Assembly: GCF_030684315.1 (NCBI RefSeq)
Contig: NC_081371.1
Span: forward strand, 31,119,440 to 31,183,439
Source: Stegostoma tigrinum
Lineage: Eukaryota
Length of the DNA stretch: 64,000 bases
Direction: 5' to 3'
Shown: piece after piece, positions 28,001 through 43,000 of the stretch
How positions within the stretch are numbered: the stretch's first letter is position 1
Layout: the number at the start of each line of letters is the position of its first letter
Translations under genes and position numbers: made by a program
The notes under the pieces: model-generated
Told to the model about the DNA's origin: nothing
Database searches by the model: none
What the model saw: the letters and a program-made list of their open reading frames with translations, nothing else

Positions 28001-31000
28001 AATTGCCCAAAGGGCGGTTAAGAGTCAACCACATTGCCGTGGGTCTAGAGTCACACGGGGGCCAGACCAAGTAAGGATGACAGTTTCCTTCCTTAAGGGA
28101 TATTAGTGATCCAGATAGGATTTTTTTCCCCCCAAGATTAATTGTCATCATTAGACTCTTAATTCCAGATTTCTTTCAAAGTGAATTCAAATTCCACCAT
28201 CTGCCATGACAGGATTTGAACCTAGTTCTCCTGAACATTACCTGGCTCTCTGGATTAACTGTTTTGTATTAAGCATCACCTCCCTACCATACATAGTGTA
28301 GGTTAAAGCATGAAATCAGCTATCAATCTAATTGAGTGGCAAAGCAGGCTTGCGGACCCAAATAGCCCATCCTTGCTCCACTTTCTTGTGATCCTATAAT
28401 TATAGCTGAGAGTTGGCTTAGAGGGTTTATTGAGACAGTACTGAGATATGGTTGAGAATTTCTGCTGATATCCCCCAAAATGCTCTCAGCATGCATTTGC
28501 AAAGCACAGATGCACATTACCCCTGCCAGTACTGCCAGCGAGATCATTCTAACCCATTCCCTCATGTTTATTGCGCTTATTTGAGTGTCGCCATTATTTC
28601 TTTTGAACTGGCAGGATGTTTCAGTGTGAACGTGCAGAACTTTCGGCATGTACAATGGAAACCCTTTGGGCATGTCAAGAGAAACAGTGTATTAGTTATG
28701 CCAACACAATGGAGAAGAATCCATCAAACGGATTGTACAAACACAAAGGCCTACACCTGCCCCATTTACACTGCAGGAAATTCAGGTCAGTGGTGAAGCC
28801 AGTGAAGACTGTGCACATATGAGGTTGCAATCAGAACACTGTAGCAGTGCGTTACTAGCCATCAGGCAAACAGACTGGTCTACTCATGCAATAAAGAAGT
28901 TTTAGAGCATTTTATGTTGACTTTGAAACTTCATTTGAACCTTATACACGCATAATGCTGGTACCACTACTCACAAATAATGTTAAAATGAAAGGCTCAC
29001 AAGTATTTGGAAGACAAAATACATGACATTACAAAACATTCCCACAGGTATTTGACAGTACTTCCCACACACTGGTGGGTACATTAGATTCTTTGACTAC
29101 TCAAATAGGGAATTCATTTTAAGGCATAATAAACAAAAAGCCAGAAGAGAACATCTGACACAAGTCTCTAAATACAAGAAACCCAGAGAAAATACAACAC
29201 AATGAAAGTGGGAAAGCAAAATCACTGGGCAGTACCTGTAAGCTAATGCTCCAGCAAAATGGCTTTCTATGTATGTATCCATGACTGGCTTAAAATGCTG
29301 AAACTTGATGTCCTGCAGCAAATTGATGATATGAACCTGCAATAGACAATTGCATGAGAGGCAAAAATATTCATACAAAGACATTCTAAATGGGGTACAC
29401 TTCAGTCAATTAAATAAAAGTGAAATACAGTTGATGCAGGACATTCAAAACAAAAACAAAGTACTGGAGAAACTCAACAAGGCTGTCAGCATCTGCGAAG
29501 AGAGAAACAGAGTTGTCATTTCAAGTCCAGTATGACTCTGTTTTTGGAAATTTGTTTGGACAAGTTGATATCTATTGTTAAAATGTTAAACTGTTCAGAG
29601 GTCAGGAAATAGTGTCCCAGGAGAAAGGTTGTTGAGCAGAAAGAATACAATGGGACAAAGGGAAGGGCAATGAATGCATTTATAGATATATCATGCACAA
29701 TTCATCTTTTTATGATAATCTTATACCCTCCAAACACAAACAAAATAATTAGCATTTTTGTTAAAATCACTTGCAAAATAGATTTCAATTTAAAGCAAAG
29801 GAGTGTCATTTGTTAGAAGCATATAGAATACGGATTACTTGGCTCACAATTGCACATCACCTCACATAGTTACACTGAAGTGAAGTGAAATAACTAAAAT
29901 ACTCACCAATGAATCAAAAACCTTCAATCCATATTTCTGTGAATTTTCATCCAAAATTCCAAATAATGCATCCAATGTATCTTGCAGAAACTAGAAAAGG
30001 AGTTTGAAGGAGAATTTAGAATCACAGTAAATCATGGGTCATCTTCCATGTTCTGTTGGGAAAATACCAAACTACAACATGCTTTCTACCTTGACTATTT
30101 CTGCACCATCTATATCTTTGAATTTTGACAGGATGTCACATATTCTTTCTGGGTGGGCTCTCCATTTCAAAAAATCCAACAAGTCTCCTGAAAAAAAGTA
30201 AAAAATGTTAAAAGTCAGAGTACAAAAACGGTTAAACAACCAACAAACAAACGTTATAATTATTTTAGTCCTGTGTAATTGTAGAAGTTAAAATTAAAAT
30301 TTGGTTTCTACTTTCAAATCAAAAGTACTTAAGTGCGAGTAAACTAAGCACAGTGTTGCTTATATATAGATGTGTAACTGTTGAAAACAAGTTTTTATCA
30401 CAATAAATAAAGCAATGGGCTAGAGACACAATGTTCAGGCACAAGCTGTGGAGAAAAAAAACTGAAAGCTGACCTTGTGATCCTTTATCAGATTTAGAAG
30501 GTAGACATTAGCTACTTAATCGCAGATCCAATTAGTGCTGGAACAACAAGATTTTCTTGTTTCAAAATTCAAGAATGTTGTTAAAAAAAAAATCAAAATT
30601 GGAATCTGGTGTAAAACCACCAGGTGAATTTATAATGGGCTTTGGGACCTCAACATCAGGACCAAAATCAAGCTCACTATCCTTAGGGTGGAAGCTGAGA
30701 TCTTCCGCCCTCAGCCATATATTAGTTTTGTATACTGACCCTTGTGGGGTATACAACCACAGCCAAATGGAAGAACCTAAAGCAAAATAAACACATACAG
30801 TCCATTTTCCTAACATTCTGAATGAACTTAGTACAGCATAGAAATTACAAGATCCAAACTGTCCTCCTTTCTGGCACTCCTGCGGGGCTGCTCAGGCTTC
30901 AGAGCTTTCGTCTTGGATCAGCATTATCTCATTCTCGCCATAAACTAAGTAACATGCAACATGAGTTTCAGCACTGGTGTGGGGCTAGATATGTGGGCGT

Positions 31001-34000
31001 ACATCCTAAAAGTGGATCATATGAAATAACATGTTCCTTTGGCTGTTCACAACAGGCAGAGTACTGACTATATCAACCAATCTGCGCTTGCAAAACACAG
31101 GACTTACTGCCTAACATTAGATGTGATTCAGTGACTAGATAGCACCAACTAAACATTTCTGGTTATGTTAAGAATTATACTAAAAACTAATTTAAGATTA
31201 TTCATTGGGCTTGCAGTTTAGCTCATTTATGCTTGCTACAGCCCATAGATATTTCATGCACGGCCCAGTCGTTTGCAAACGGAAAGAGTTCGTTCACACA
31301 TTGCATCTTTTTTCAACTAAACAAAAGCTTGAAGGAAACTGTCCTGAAGAAGGGTCTAGGCCCGAAACATCAGCTTTTGTGCTCCTGAGATGCTGCTTGG
31401 CCTGCTGTGTTTATCCAGGCTCACATTTTATTATCTTGGATTCTCCAGCATCTGCAGTTCCCATTATCTCTCAGGAAACTGCCAGTGTCTGGTTAATTCC
31501 CTTAGGCAATGCCTTGTACAATCAGAGCCGACTCGTCCAGTTTAAAGTTTAAACAAGAGCTTTGCAGCCAACTGCCAGTCCCTGGTGCATTCTCCATGGC
31601 AACACTTCTAATAATCAGACTCCACTGGCTATCCAATCACTACCTTGTTTCCATGCAGGACCAATGGTTGATTTCTCTGAGGTGTGACTTTCTTGCGCTC
31701 CTGTCCTGCTTGGCACCATTATAAATCTTCCGTATCAAGCAACTATCTATATCATTGTTTCTTTGTCATCACCATCAATAAACAGCATATCCTACTGTAG
31801 GAGTACCATCACCGCAGGGCCTCTTTTGGTTTAGTAAGGTATTCCCCAACTTCACACCCCCAACACCACTTTCATAAGAGAGTGAGGAATTTGCAGTAAA
31901 CATAGAATTTACAAATCTGCCGGTTATCAAATCACAAACAAGAAAGTTAACGCAGTGTACAATTCATCACTATCTGCAAATAAACATATTCTGTCATAAT
32001 ATGTGTAAATGGAAGGAGTTTTACTATTTTTTCATATACTTCATTTTGTGCCAGATGGCTGAGTCATTTAAGTTGGCAAAATATTAATATTGAGCAATGC
32101 AAAGGCAGTTGAATGTGATAACCTGGATCCTTTAGAATTTTAGTACATCCTCTCCAATTGTACAAGTTCTGTTCTGCAAACCACTCAATGTAACTTGAAG
32201 ACCCAACTTCTAAAATCATCGTTGTTAGCACTATCTGAACTCTTTTCCATATGTCAGTAGACAGAAACTGAGCTATAAACACAGACAAATGAGAGAACTT
32301 AAAGCAAGAAATACATTCATTCCTTTTTCCTACCATTCTGAGTAAGTTTAGTCGAGCACAGAAATGACGAGATCCAAAAAGTCTCCTTGGAAGCTTTGAC
32401 TGGTTGACTGTTGCCATGGAGATTTCCTTTACAATACTGAAGTTTGAGGTAACGAGCAGGGTCATGAAAGCTGGTGTTTTCTTCACACTGCAAAATAGAA
32501 ATTTGTCAATTTTATTAGCCTTTGCCAACTTGACATGTTATAACAGGAAATATTGCACTACAGTCAAACTGTATCAATGCAGGTAATTAAAATTCACCTG
32601 GAATGTGTATCTAGGACAAGTTCACATTGGTTAACAGAGGTTCAGATATTTTTTGGAGATTTGTTATGTGAATTAGTTGAGAATCATAATTCCAGTGTGT
32701 CTAGATCAACATGTAGTGTTCATTATTTCGTAATCATAACTTTGGCAACAGGTTAATGTCATTGATAATAGAACGTCAAAGTCACCAAAGTAGAGTTCAA
32801 AAATCTTTGGAGCCAAACACATTCTTTGATGCCTTTTACCTACCCCCACACTCAAGGCCCTGTCGTGATTTGGGTTGCTTTCAGCACAGCAAACCCATTT
32901 TCATCAATTCATGGCCCCCATTATCAGCTTTACTTTCTCCTGAGCATACTATTGTCTATCCCTTTGTCTCCTTGACAGTAACTCTTTCTCCCTCTCTCGT
33001 TCTCTCTCTCTCACTCAAAAACAGAAATAGCTGGAGAAACTCAGCAAGTCTAGCAGCATCTGTGGAGAGAAATCAGAGTCAATATTTCAGATCCAGTGAC
33101 CCTTCTTTAGAACTAACTGTAGCTGGGAAATGATTGGTGTATATGTTGAAGATGGCATGGCGGGGGTGGTGGAAGAGAGCAGTTACCAATAGGTGGAGAG
33201 GGAGCCCAGAGAGAGAGAGAGAAAATAGCAGTTGGGCAGACAAAGGAATGGGTAAAGGTAAGCTGGGAAAAAAGAAATGGACCATTGATCACCATTGAAT
33301 ATGAGTTGGGTGAAGAGACAGTAGCCCATATGAGACAAAGTCCGGTGTGTGGGGATTGGGGGAAGGGCACTGAAGGAGGTTTTCAGGCCCTAAACTTATT
33401 TAACTCAATACTGAGTCCTGGAGGCTGCAGGGTCCCCAAGTATAAAATGAGGTGTTGTTCTATCAGTTTATGCAGCTGAACCTAGCTGCAGCAAGCCCGA
33501 AGCAGAGATGTTGATCAGGGAACACAGTGATTTGTTAAAGTGGAAACACTTCTAACAGACCGAATGTAGGTGTTCTGCAAGGCGATTGCCCAGTCTGGGC
33601 TTTGTCTCCCCACTGCAGAAGAGATCACATTGTGAGCTGTGAGTATGGTAGGTTAGATTGAGTGAGGTGCAAGTAAATTGTGGTTTCACCTGTAAGATGC
33701 ATTCAGGACATTGAACAGTGAGGAGGGAGGAAGGAAATGAGCAGCCGATTGCATGAGAAGGTGCCGGCGGTGGGGGGTGATGGGAAATGCTGGGAGTGGA
33801 TATATACCAAGCTTTTCTGAATTACAATCAGTTTAAAACAAGTGTCACTGGCCCGGAAACACTGACTCTGCTTTCTCTCCACAGATGCTGCCAGCTCTGT
33901 TGAGTTTCTCCAGTTATTTCTGTTTTTTGTTAGGCTTTTTGTTTTTTGTTGTTTCCTCACTCTGGGCTCCATCTCCACCTATCCACTCACTCTTTTCCTC

Positions 34001-37000
34001 CATTCCCTGACTTCAGCATAAATACCATCTTTTCCTAGCTATCTTCAGTTCTGAAGTATCACTGCGCTTGAAACGTGAACTCTGCTTTCTTTCCATGGAT
34101 GCTGCCAGACCATGTTTTCTCCAGCAATTTCTGTTTTTGTTACCAAAGTCATTACCAATGCATAAGCCATAATCCTGAGTTTTATACTAGAGCTGTGCCT
34201 GATTGTGCCCTCCAGCTCTGAACCTGTTACAGATTGGAAAGTCGGTCATCGTGCACCTAATTTGTGCGGATTTGTGGTTGCCCATAGCATTGAGTTCATC
34301 TTCAGACACTACTTAGTGAAGAGCACTGGCATGTGTGAGTGAAAAGGCTGATAAGGTTTCCCTCTCACTGACTGACACCTTGCAAAATGTTATAGAGCAA
34401 GCGTTAAGACTCTGTTCCAGCTAGTACAACTTCATTTTCCTCAATGCTTTTCTCTCATTAAGGTAGTTGAAGTTGGCAGCATCCTGGCTGCTTCATGGTA
34501 TGCTATTATGTGCAATCATGTTTTCCCAATATGATAAATACACACAATATTATGTAGGGAGTCAAACCAGTGTCGCTTATATTATTATCACTTTTTATGC
34601 CCCTCTATCAATTTAACTCATAACATTCGTCAGTTTTGTTGCTCACTTGAACTATGTGCAGAACAACTTTATACATAATTAGCAAATCACAACTCAATTT
34701 TTATTTCCTCTCCAAATTCAGTGGTCGGAGAATACTTCAAAATCATTGCATTGACATATCTACCTCACTTTCCTTATTATTTCCATTGTGTTGGTCAGCA
34801 CAATAGAACCTTTGCAGCAAGATGCCTGGAACCCACTGAGTGATGGTTTGGCAGAGACAAGCACTGGGTATTGTCCATAAAGATTTACTGCAATTTTATT
34901 CCAGGTACAATTACACTATTTAATGATTCAATTATACTCAATGTGCAAATACCTTGTGGACTAAGAGTTCATGAATACCATCTGGCAATGTTCTGCCATC
35001 TTCTTGCATCAGTGGAACAAAGGAGAACCCAAAAAGCTTTTTCTCTCCTTTTTCCTTTGCTGGAAATTAAAAAAAAACACAATTAAGAGGCTTTGGGAAG
35101 ATCTCCCACCTGAGTGTTAGTCTAATCGATAAACAGCAAAAATTTTGAATTAGAACTGGGTCTTAACAGTTTGTTCAGAGAACAGCAAAATCAAAGAACT
35201 ATTCCGAGTGTGTATTAGGCCCTCAAATTGTGTTTAAGAAATCTCCAATGTTCTTTCCTTTTCTCTGAGATTCCCACTGGTGTTTGAAGTGCTAAATTAG
35301 TTTTGGTCTGCTGTGTTATTTTCCAGGGTTAAGATATATTTCTCCTCCATGAAAAAGTGGTCTCCGCATTGAGTTGATGATCTCAATTATATTAAAGGGT
35401 TGATGTTTTATCAAATTTAGTTTGTTGTTCCAATTTAGGCAATAGCAATTGCTACAGACAAAAAGAGAAAATGAGAACCCTCCCTTGTTCAGCAACTTAA
35501 TTCCAGTTAACACAGGACAGCAACCAAACTACTGTTTCCTGATATAACTGTGGAAGAATTATTCATTTCGATGTAATGTTTCTCATGTGAACAGCAACAT
35601 GCTTCCTTGTAGGCAACGTAACATGATGAAGCCCAATACAGCCACAGCAAAAACAATTCCCAAATTTGTGGCAAACCAATATGTAATTTTAATTGAATGC
35701 ATTGAGCCGTCTATATATAAACTGCCATCCATTTTGTTTACACTTGGCAGAGAGAGTGGCATCACCTATTTGTAACTGAAGCTGTTGCCAGCATCACTGT
35801 TAGTTTCAAGCCTGGTATCCTCTATGAAAATCAGCACATTCCTTTATCATGGGATGCGGCTGTAATTTAAATTTGGAGTGATTAAAAAAAAAATCACACA
35901 ATCCCAAAATAGAATTTAAATTTCTCTTTCGAGTGCCAAACAGATTACTCCTCCTTCCTAAAACATCACGTAAATAAGATGTAAACAGGGACTCACTGAA
36001 TCATTATCCATTTTTTTCTCAATTCAAAACAAAATCTGTGTCAACACAGACAGAGAAGGAGCTGCACATAGACATAGTTTAAAAAGTGTCTACGTTTTTG
36101 CCTCCCATTTTTGAATGATAGCCATCATCAGCCTTAATGATGTAGAGATTGAGAGGAAAACAGAATAAACATGAGCAAAATTAAATTTTGTCTGCAGCTT
36201 TTCATTTTAAGAGAGCGGGCCAAGGTGAAATCAATTAAAATTATTAAAACTCTTACATTTGAGAATCAACCACAAATAACCCAGTGACTCATTGTTTTTG
36301 GAATCCAGAGCCCCTCATTTTCGCTAACGTTTTTCTATTTATATTCTTTAGAGTGTTGTATAACTGTGGAAGGAATCTTATCGAGGCTATGGTGAGAAAT
36401 GTGCATGATCATGTCAGAAATCCACTGAGGCCTATCTTGCATCGGGAAGAACTCACTACATCTCTTAACAAAGTTCTGGGTGTTCAGGTGAGATTCCTGC
36501 TCAGCAGTGGTGAGTTGCCGATTGCAGATTGTTACCGTATAACAACTTTATTAACTGTATGCTTCACCTCATCAATACACAGTTTTCTGTTTTACCAACA
36601 ACCTGTGAGTAAACTAGATGCTGCGAATTGCCCTCAAGAATATCCGAGCAAATAGCTGGCCACATCTGTTCACTGCTGGTTATGAAGAGCCTCCATATTG
36701 GTCACCATGCAACAGAATGTCAAGGCATGCTCCATGGGTGCACATCACATGTCCCCCACAACCACAGACACTCTCACCCGGTATGTTCCAAACTCCAAGA
36801 ACCCTGAAGGCACATCCATGATCCTCGTACCAAGATGCTTCTCTACTTCAATGCCGCACCTTGGGGCACAGTGCAGTGGTGTAGCAAGGACATTTTACGC
36901 TCAGGGACACATACCCCGTTCACAGATTGGGCCAGAATGCATCTCTAGGCTGTTTGCTTGCTCTCTTAGTGCTCACTCATTCTGGGCCTACGTCATTGTT

Positions 37001-40000
37001 CACAAAATTCCTGCCTCCCCCTTCCTTGGTACATGGATCAGGGATGTGCCTTCATTCTGTGTGTCTGTGGTTGCGGGGGACATGTCATGGGCATATAATG
37101 AAGCATGCCTTGACACAAATTCTGTTCTGAATTGAGAACTTTGGGCATTGTATTCTCAGCCAAAAGTATGAGGCTCACTGTACTGCTGTAGTGCTGTGCA
37201 ATTTAGCACAGACTCAAAGCTTGAATGGTTCTCAGCAGTCCTCCATGAAATCAAGAGCGATAGCCTTCGGTGTGGGGATCCTGGCACAGCATGTCAAGGG
37301 TAGGCTCTGCCAGGGGTTTTGACATGGTCAGCCAGCCACCCAGGGTGGTCAGAGTCAGGGTCCTCTCCAAAAAGGAGTGAGGAACCAAACGACGAGGAGC
37401 CCATCACCCATTCCAACTCTTTGCATCCTATTTTGGGGAGTTCTGTTCCTGGAATGGGAGAGGGGCAGATATTAAGGCAGATAAAAGTAGATGGCACTTC
37501 TGGTGGTTACTTTTGGTGCAGGTGGGGAGGTATCGTCAACAAGTGATCGGTAAAGCAGAGGGCATGCAGGCTTAGTGGTGTTGGGAGTGGGAGACAGTGT
37601 GAAACTAAGTGAAGGCCTGACCTACGGGGCAACCACACACCAGGCTGACAGAGTCTGGTGTCATGGCCTCCTCTGCCTGTCCTGCAGGAAGATGATATGA
37701 CAATTCTACATGATCTCATTCACTAGGAAGCAAGATAACAATTTTCCCTTTGCTGCAATGTTGAGGACAAATGTCAAGAACTGTGGAGGGCAACTCCAAA
37801 CTAACGGGATAATAAAATGTGAGGCTGGATGAACACAGCAGGCCAAGCAGCATCTCAGGAGTGCTCCTGAGATGCTGCTTGGCCTGCTGTGTTCATCCAG
37901 CCTCACATTTTATTATCTTGGAATCTCCAGCATCTGCAGTTCCCATTATCACTGATCCAAACTAACGGGGCTTGTTTGGCAGCAAAATGCCAGGGACAGC
38001 AGTCCATTCGGGAATCACCCAGCAGTGGGAAGTTGTTCCATGTATACAGAGTGGTAGAACTGGGCTAAAATCTGATGAAAGGGGAACCAGAGGGGCAGGG
38101 TACACAGGTAATGAAACATCTTTGGTAAGATGCAGTAGAGACCACACTAAGCTATGCACAGAAAAAGCCTCCATGACACTCCACAAAACTGATACTTATC
38201 TTAAAAAAAGTGCAGCCCTGTGTTACTGAATGTAGTTTAATTATGTTTAAATATGTATTATTAAGCTTGAAACATCAATCCACAACAGGAATACCACACA
38301 CCCTTCCATCATATAATAATCCTTCCTATGTTTTAGTAGGCTGCACTGTTTTGACCCAACCCGAAAGGGGCCAATATGGTAGATGCTGCGTATTCGCGGT
38401 ACTTCTGAGACGTAAGATAGTAAACAACATGTACAAAGATCTATAACAAATGCATACTCGGTTTGAAATAATTCCTCAGCAGACTGGCAAAATTAAATCC
38501 GACAGCCTTTTCTTTCATTTATGCTTGCTGTTCAGACAGGAATGCAGTATTTAGCTTTGCATATATAAGTCAATGATGTAATGGTGCTTACTGGAACAGT
38601 GCCTGAATTCAAGGCGGATATGTGCACCCCTAAATTTATCCACTGGAATAGGAAGCTTCAGCGGCTCAGCCCACCTGGGGCTATTGTTGTGGTAAAGCAC
38701 AAAGGAATGGTGTTCACTCACTGGAATTTCTCCAGACCCCAATGAAATACAATCCTATGAAGAGAAGGAAAACAATTCTGAACGTCAAAGAATTACGCTG
38801 CTTTTATATTTCGGCACAAAGGAAATCAGAACAGATTTATCTAATAAGCTACAGAATTCAGGCAACAGAAAGGTCATATTGATTGGAAACCGATAAGCAT
38901 TTGATCTGGCAAAATTGAATCAAATATGTTCTCCTGGTTTTGATCAAATATAACATATTTCAACTATTTGTTGTTAGCCTTTTGAAGTTAAAGAGCATTT
39001 TAAAAAAGAGACTACATCTAACAGAAACATACAAACTTTGCAGAGGATTAATTGAGAAACAAACATAATTAAAAACAAATAGAAGTTGGCGTAATAGCTT
39101 GAGCGAACATAACCTCCGTTTCAGGCTTAATACAAAATAATGAATCTCAAGTCAATGCACTAAAAGTAAGGGAACACACTGTGATGAAAGATGGTAGAAT
39201 TCAACATTAAAATGGTGGCAAAAGGGTTAGTCATGAATCAAGGCCTCATGTTTAGCCAAAGCTGTCACTGCAGGAATGAGGCAGAAATTGACTAAAATAG
39301 GCCAGGCAAAATTACTAACTGGTGATACAATACAGCCAATTTTGTTTTTGGTATACCATGTGTCTGTGTACTAGAAGTCTACTTGCACAATGAAACTAAC
39401 CCTGTCAACAACAGAAGTGAGCAATTTAATAGCTAAAAGACTTGTATGAAAAGAAAGTATGGGAACAATAGCAATCCTCCAGTCTGGAGGCGATATAAAA
39501 ATCAACAAAAGCATACAAAGAAAAGTTACAAAAGCAACACAGAAGAAATATAAGAAAAAGCTGGAGAAGAGTAGCAAAAACAATGTTCAAAATTTTATAA
39601 ACACATTTAGAGAAAGACAATGAGTCTGATTAACATGGGAACCTTAATCAGAGGCAGGTTGACTATAATTGGGAATCAGGAAACGGATAATTTACCAGAT
39701 AGCTACTACATATTATTCTTTTCAGAATAATGTGAAGATAAAATACCAAAGATACAAGGAAAACTAATGTAAATCAAGGGACAAACTAGAACTAATATAG
39801 CAAAAACCAAGTCAATGACAAAACTCGTTACTAAAGATGAACAAATCATCAGGATCTAATGATTTCCAATTGCCAATAGCCCCACTACAAAGAGTGGTAG
39901 AGGTAAACTAGGAAATTACAGACTTACTTATCTAATGTTCTTCATAGAATAGATCATTATGGACAACGTGATTGAGTTTTTGGGACATATGAATTGATTA

Positions 40001-43000
40001 GAAAGGCTAAGTCAAATCTCATGATCTTGGCTGAGCTTTTTGAGGACTTGACAAATGCAGTGAAATTGGTAGTGCCTGTGGATTTTATTAACATGACATT
40101 CCAAAAGGCAAAGTTGAATAAAAGCAACCATTAAAACAAAAGAAGGCAACCTATTGTATTGAACAGAGAATTAGTTAGGAGACAGAGTGCAAAGATAATG
40201 TTACATACACAGAAGCAGAATGTGGCTTGTGTTGCCCCAAGGTTTAGGCTGAGGCCACAACTTTTCACTATTTACAATAAAATACTTACATAAAGGAAGA
40301 TAGAGCTGTGCTTCTAATTGTTGTTGATTACATTAAGATAGTTGATACAATAAGTAATGTAGATGAGTACAAAATATTACAAAAAAGATATTGATAGATT
40401 GAGTGAATAAGAAAAAATGTTCACTCTGCAAACTGCATTTTAGATTAATGAAAATTACATAATTTTATAAATAGGATAAAAATCTAGGAACTGAGAGTGA
40501 ACAGTGAGAGAGTGTGATTTTGGAGTCTAAGTGCAGGTATCTCAAACTTAGTAGACAGCAACAGAAAACAACTTGACAGGTCAGTGGATTGTTGGCTTTT
40601 GTTGTAAGAGGGCCTGCATCCAAAGGGTCAAAGATATATTGTAGCTGTGCAGAATTCTACAACACTCCATCGAATCCCAGACATCATATCTCACAAATGG
40701 TATAAAGCCTTGATGGAAATGTGGCATAGATTCATCAGAAGGATATGGCAACTAAAACTGAATTATAGAAATTGGCTGGACAGATGAGGCTTATGTTGAT
40801 TAAATGCAGAAGATTAAGGAATGGCATAATTGGGATGATTAAAATAATTAACGGTTTGGCAGAATACAGATAAGCTATTTCTGCAGCTGAGAGTGTCCAG
40901 AACAAGGTGAATAATCTTGAAATTTAAGACAGGCCATTCAATGGTGCTGTTAAAAAGCATTTGGCCACGATCAAAATCTGAAACTCTTTCATAAACAGTG
41001 CAGAGGCTAGGGAAGTATATCATTTCAAAGATGAGAATGATAGATTTTTATTGAACAAGGATAGTAAGGATTGTGGAAACTAGATGGGAGATCTAGAACA
41101 AAGGAACATAAAACATTGCAGCAGGAGTAGGACTTATTAGTGAAAGGCACCGTGGCTTTGTGCAGGGAAGGTCATGTCTCACAAACCGATTTGAGCTTTT
41201 TGAGGAAGTGACAAAAATGATTGTGGGGGCAGGGCTGGTGATGTTGTCTACATGAAATTGAGAAAGGCCTTTAACAATGTCTTTCATGGCAGGCTGATAC
41301 AGAAAGTGCAGTCACATAGGATCTGTGATGAGCTGGTAAACTGGATACAGAACTGGCATGGTCATAGAAGCAAGAGGGTAGGGTATTTTTCTGACTGTAC
41401 ATCTGTGACCAATAGTGTTCCACAGGGAACAGGGACTGCGGTTGGTTTTTATTTATAGATATGATCTGGAGGAGAATGTAGGTGGTCTGATTAGAAAGCT
41501 TGCAGATGACTCAAAGATTGAGGGAGTTGCAGATAGTGAGGAGGGTTACCAGTGGATACAGCAAGATATCAACAGGCTACAGACTTGGATGGATAAATGG
41601 CAGATGTAATTTAATCCAGACAAATGCAAAGTGATGCATATTGGAAGATCTAATTCAGGGTGGGGAGATACTGAACATACAGGAGATGGCAGAAGCATTT
41701 ACATACAGAGGGATCGAGGCAAAAAGGTCAATAGTTCCCTGAAAGACACAACATGTGGTCAAAATGGTCAAGAAAGCGTATGATATACCTATCTTCATCA
41801 AACAGTACACGGAATATAAAAATTGGCAAATCATTGAACTCTAGTTAGGCTACATTTACAATATTGCTTACAGATCAGGTTGCTATTAGAAGGACATGGA
41901 AGATTTGGAGAGGGTACAGAAAGGATTTACTAAGATGTTGCCTGGTTTGGCGGGTATTAGCTATGAGGAGAAATTGGACAAATTCGAATGCATGTCACTT
42001 GAATATCAGAGGCTGAGAAGCAATCTGATAGACGCTTACAAAATTTTGAGAACCACAGATAGAATGGGTATTCAAAGTCTTTGTTCCTGGGGTAGGCCTG
42101 TCAATTACTTGAGGAAATAGGTTTAAGGAAAGGGGGAAAATTTAAATGAGATGTGAGAGATGAGTTTTTGTTTTACACAGAGGATGTTAAGTACCCAGAA
42201 TACACTGCCAGAGGAGGTGGTAGAAACAGATGTAATAGCCACGTTTAAGAGATAACTTCGCAAGTACATAACAGGCAGAGAAGAGGGATATAGACCACGG
42301 AGAAGCAAAGGGCTTTTTGTTGAGATAGGTGTCGTTTGTCAGCACAAGCTTGATGGACCCAGGGGCCTGTTCCTGTGCTTTACTGTTCTGGGTTCTTTCT
42401 TCTTTATTCCTTCACTTATTGGAAATGTCATCTCAACATCTACCCTAACAAGTCCCCTCAGAATTTTGTATGCTTCAATAAGATCACACTTCATTTTTCT
42501 GAACTCTAATGAATAAATGCCTCACCTGATTAGCCATTTTTGATAAGTCAACTTTTTATTCATGAATCTCTTTTGAACTGCCTCTACTGTCAGTATATCT
42601 TCTTTTAAGGGATAAGGCAGGGTAGATGCAGGAAGGATGTTCCTGCTGACAGACATGTCCAGTACCACCATCAAAGCACAAGGAGTAAACTAATTAGGCA
42701 CTGAGGTGAGAAGAGCTTTCTTCACCCAGAGAGTGGTGAGCCAGTGGAATTTGCCAGCACAGAAAGCAGCCAAGACCAAACATTTTATGATTTCGAGGAG
42801 GATTTGGGGTTTAAAAGGATCAAAACGTATGGGGGAAAAGTGCACTACTGAATTGGGTGATCAGCCATAAATATAATAAACAATGGAGCATGCTTGAAGC
42901 ATCGAATCGGCTACACCTGCTCCACTTTTCTATGTTCCTATGTATAAATACAGGCCCAAAACCATACACAGCACTCCCAGTGCAATCTCAACAATATCTT

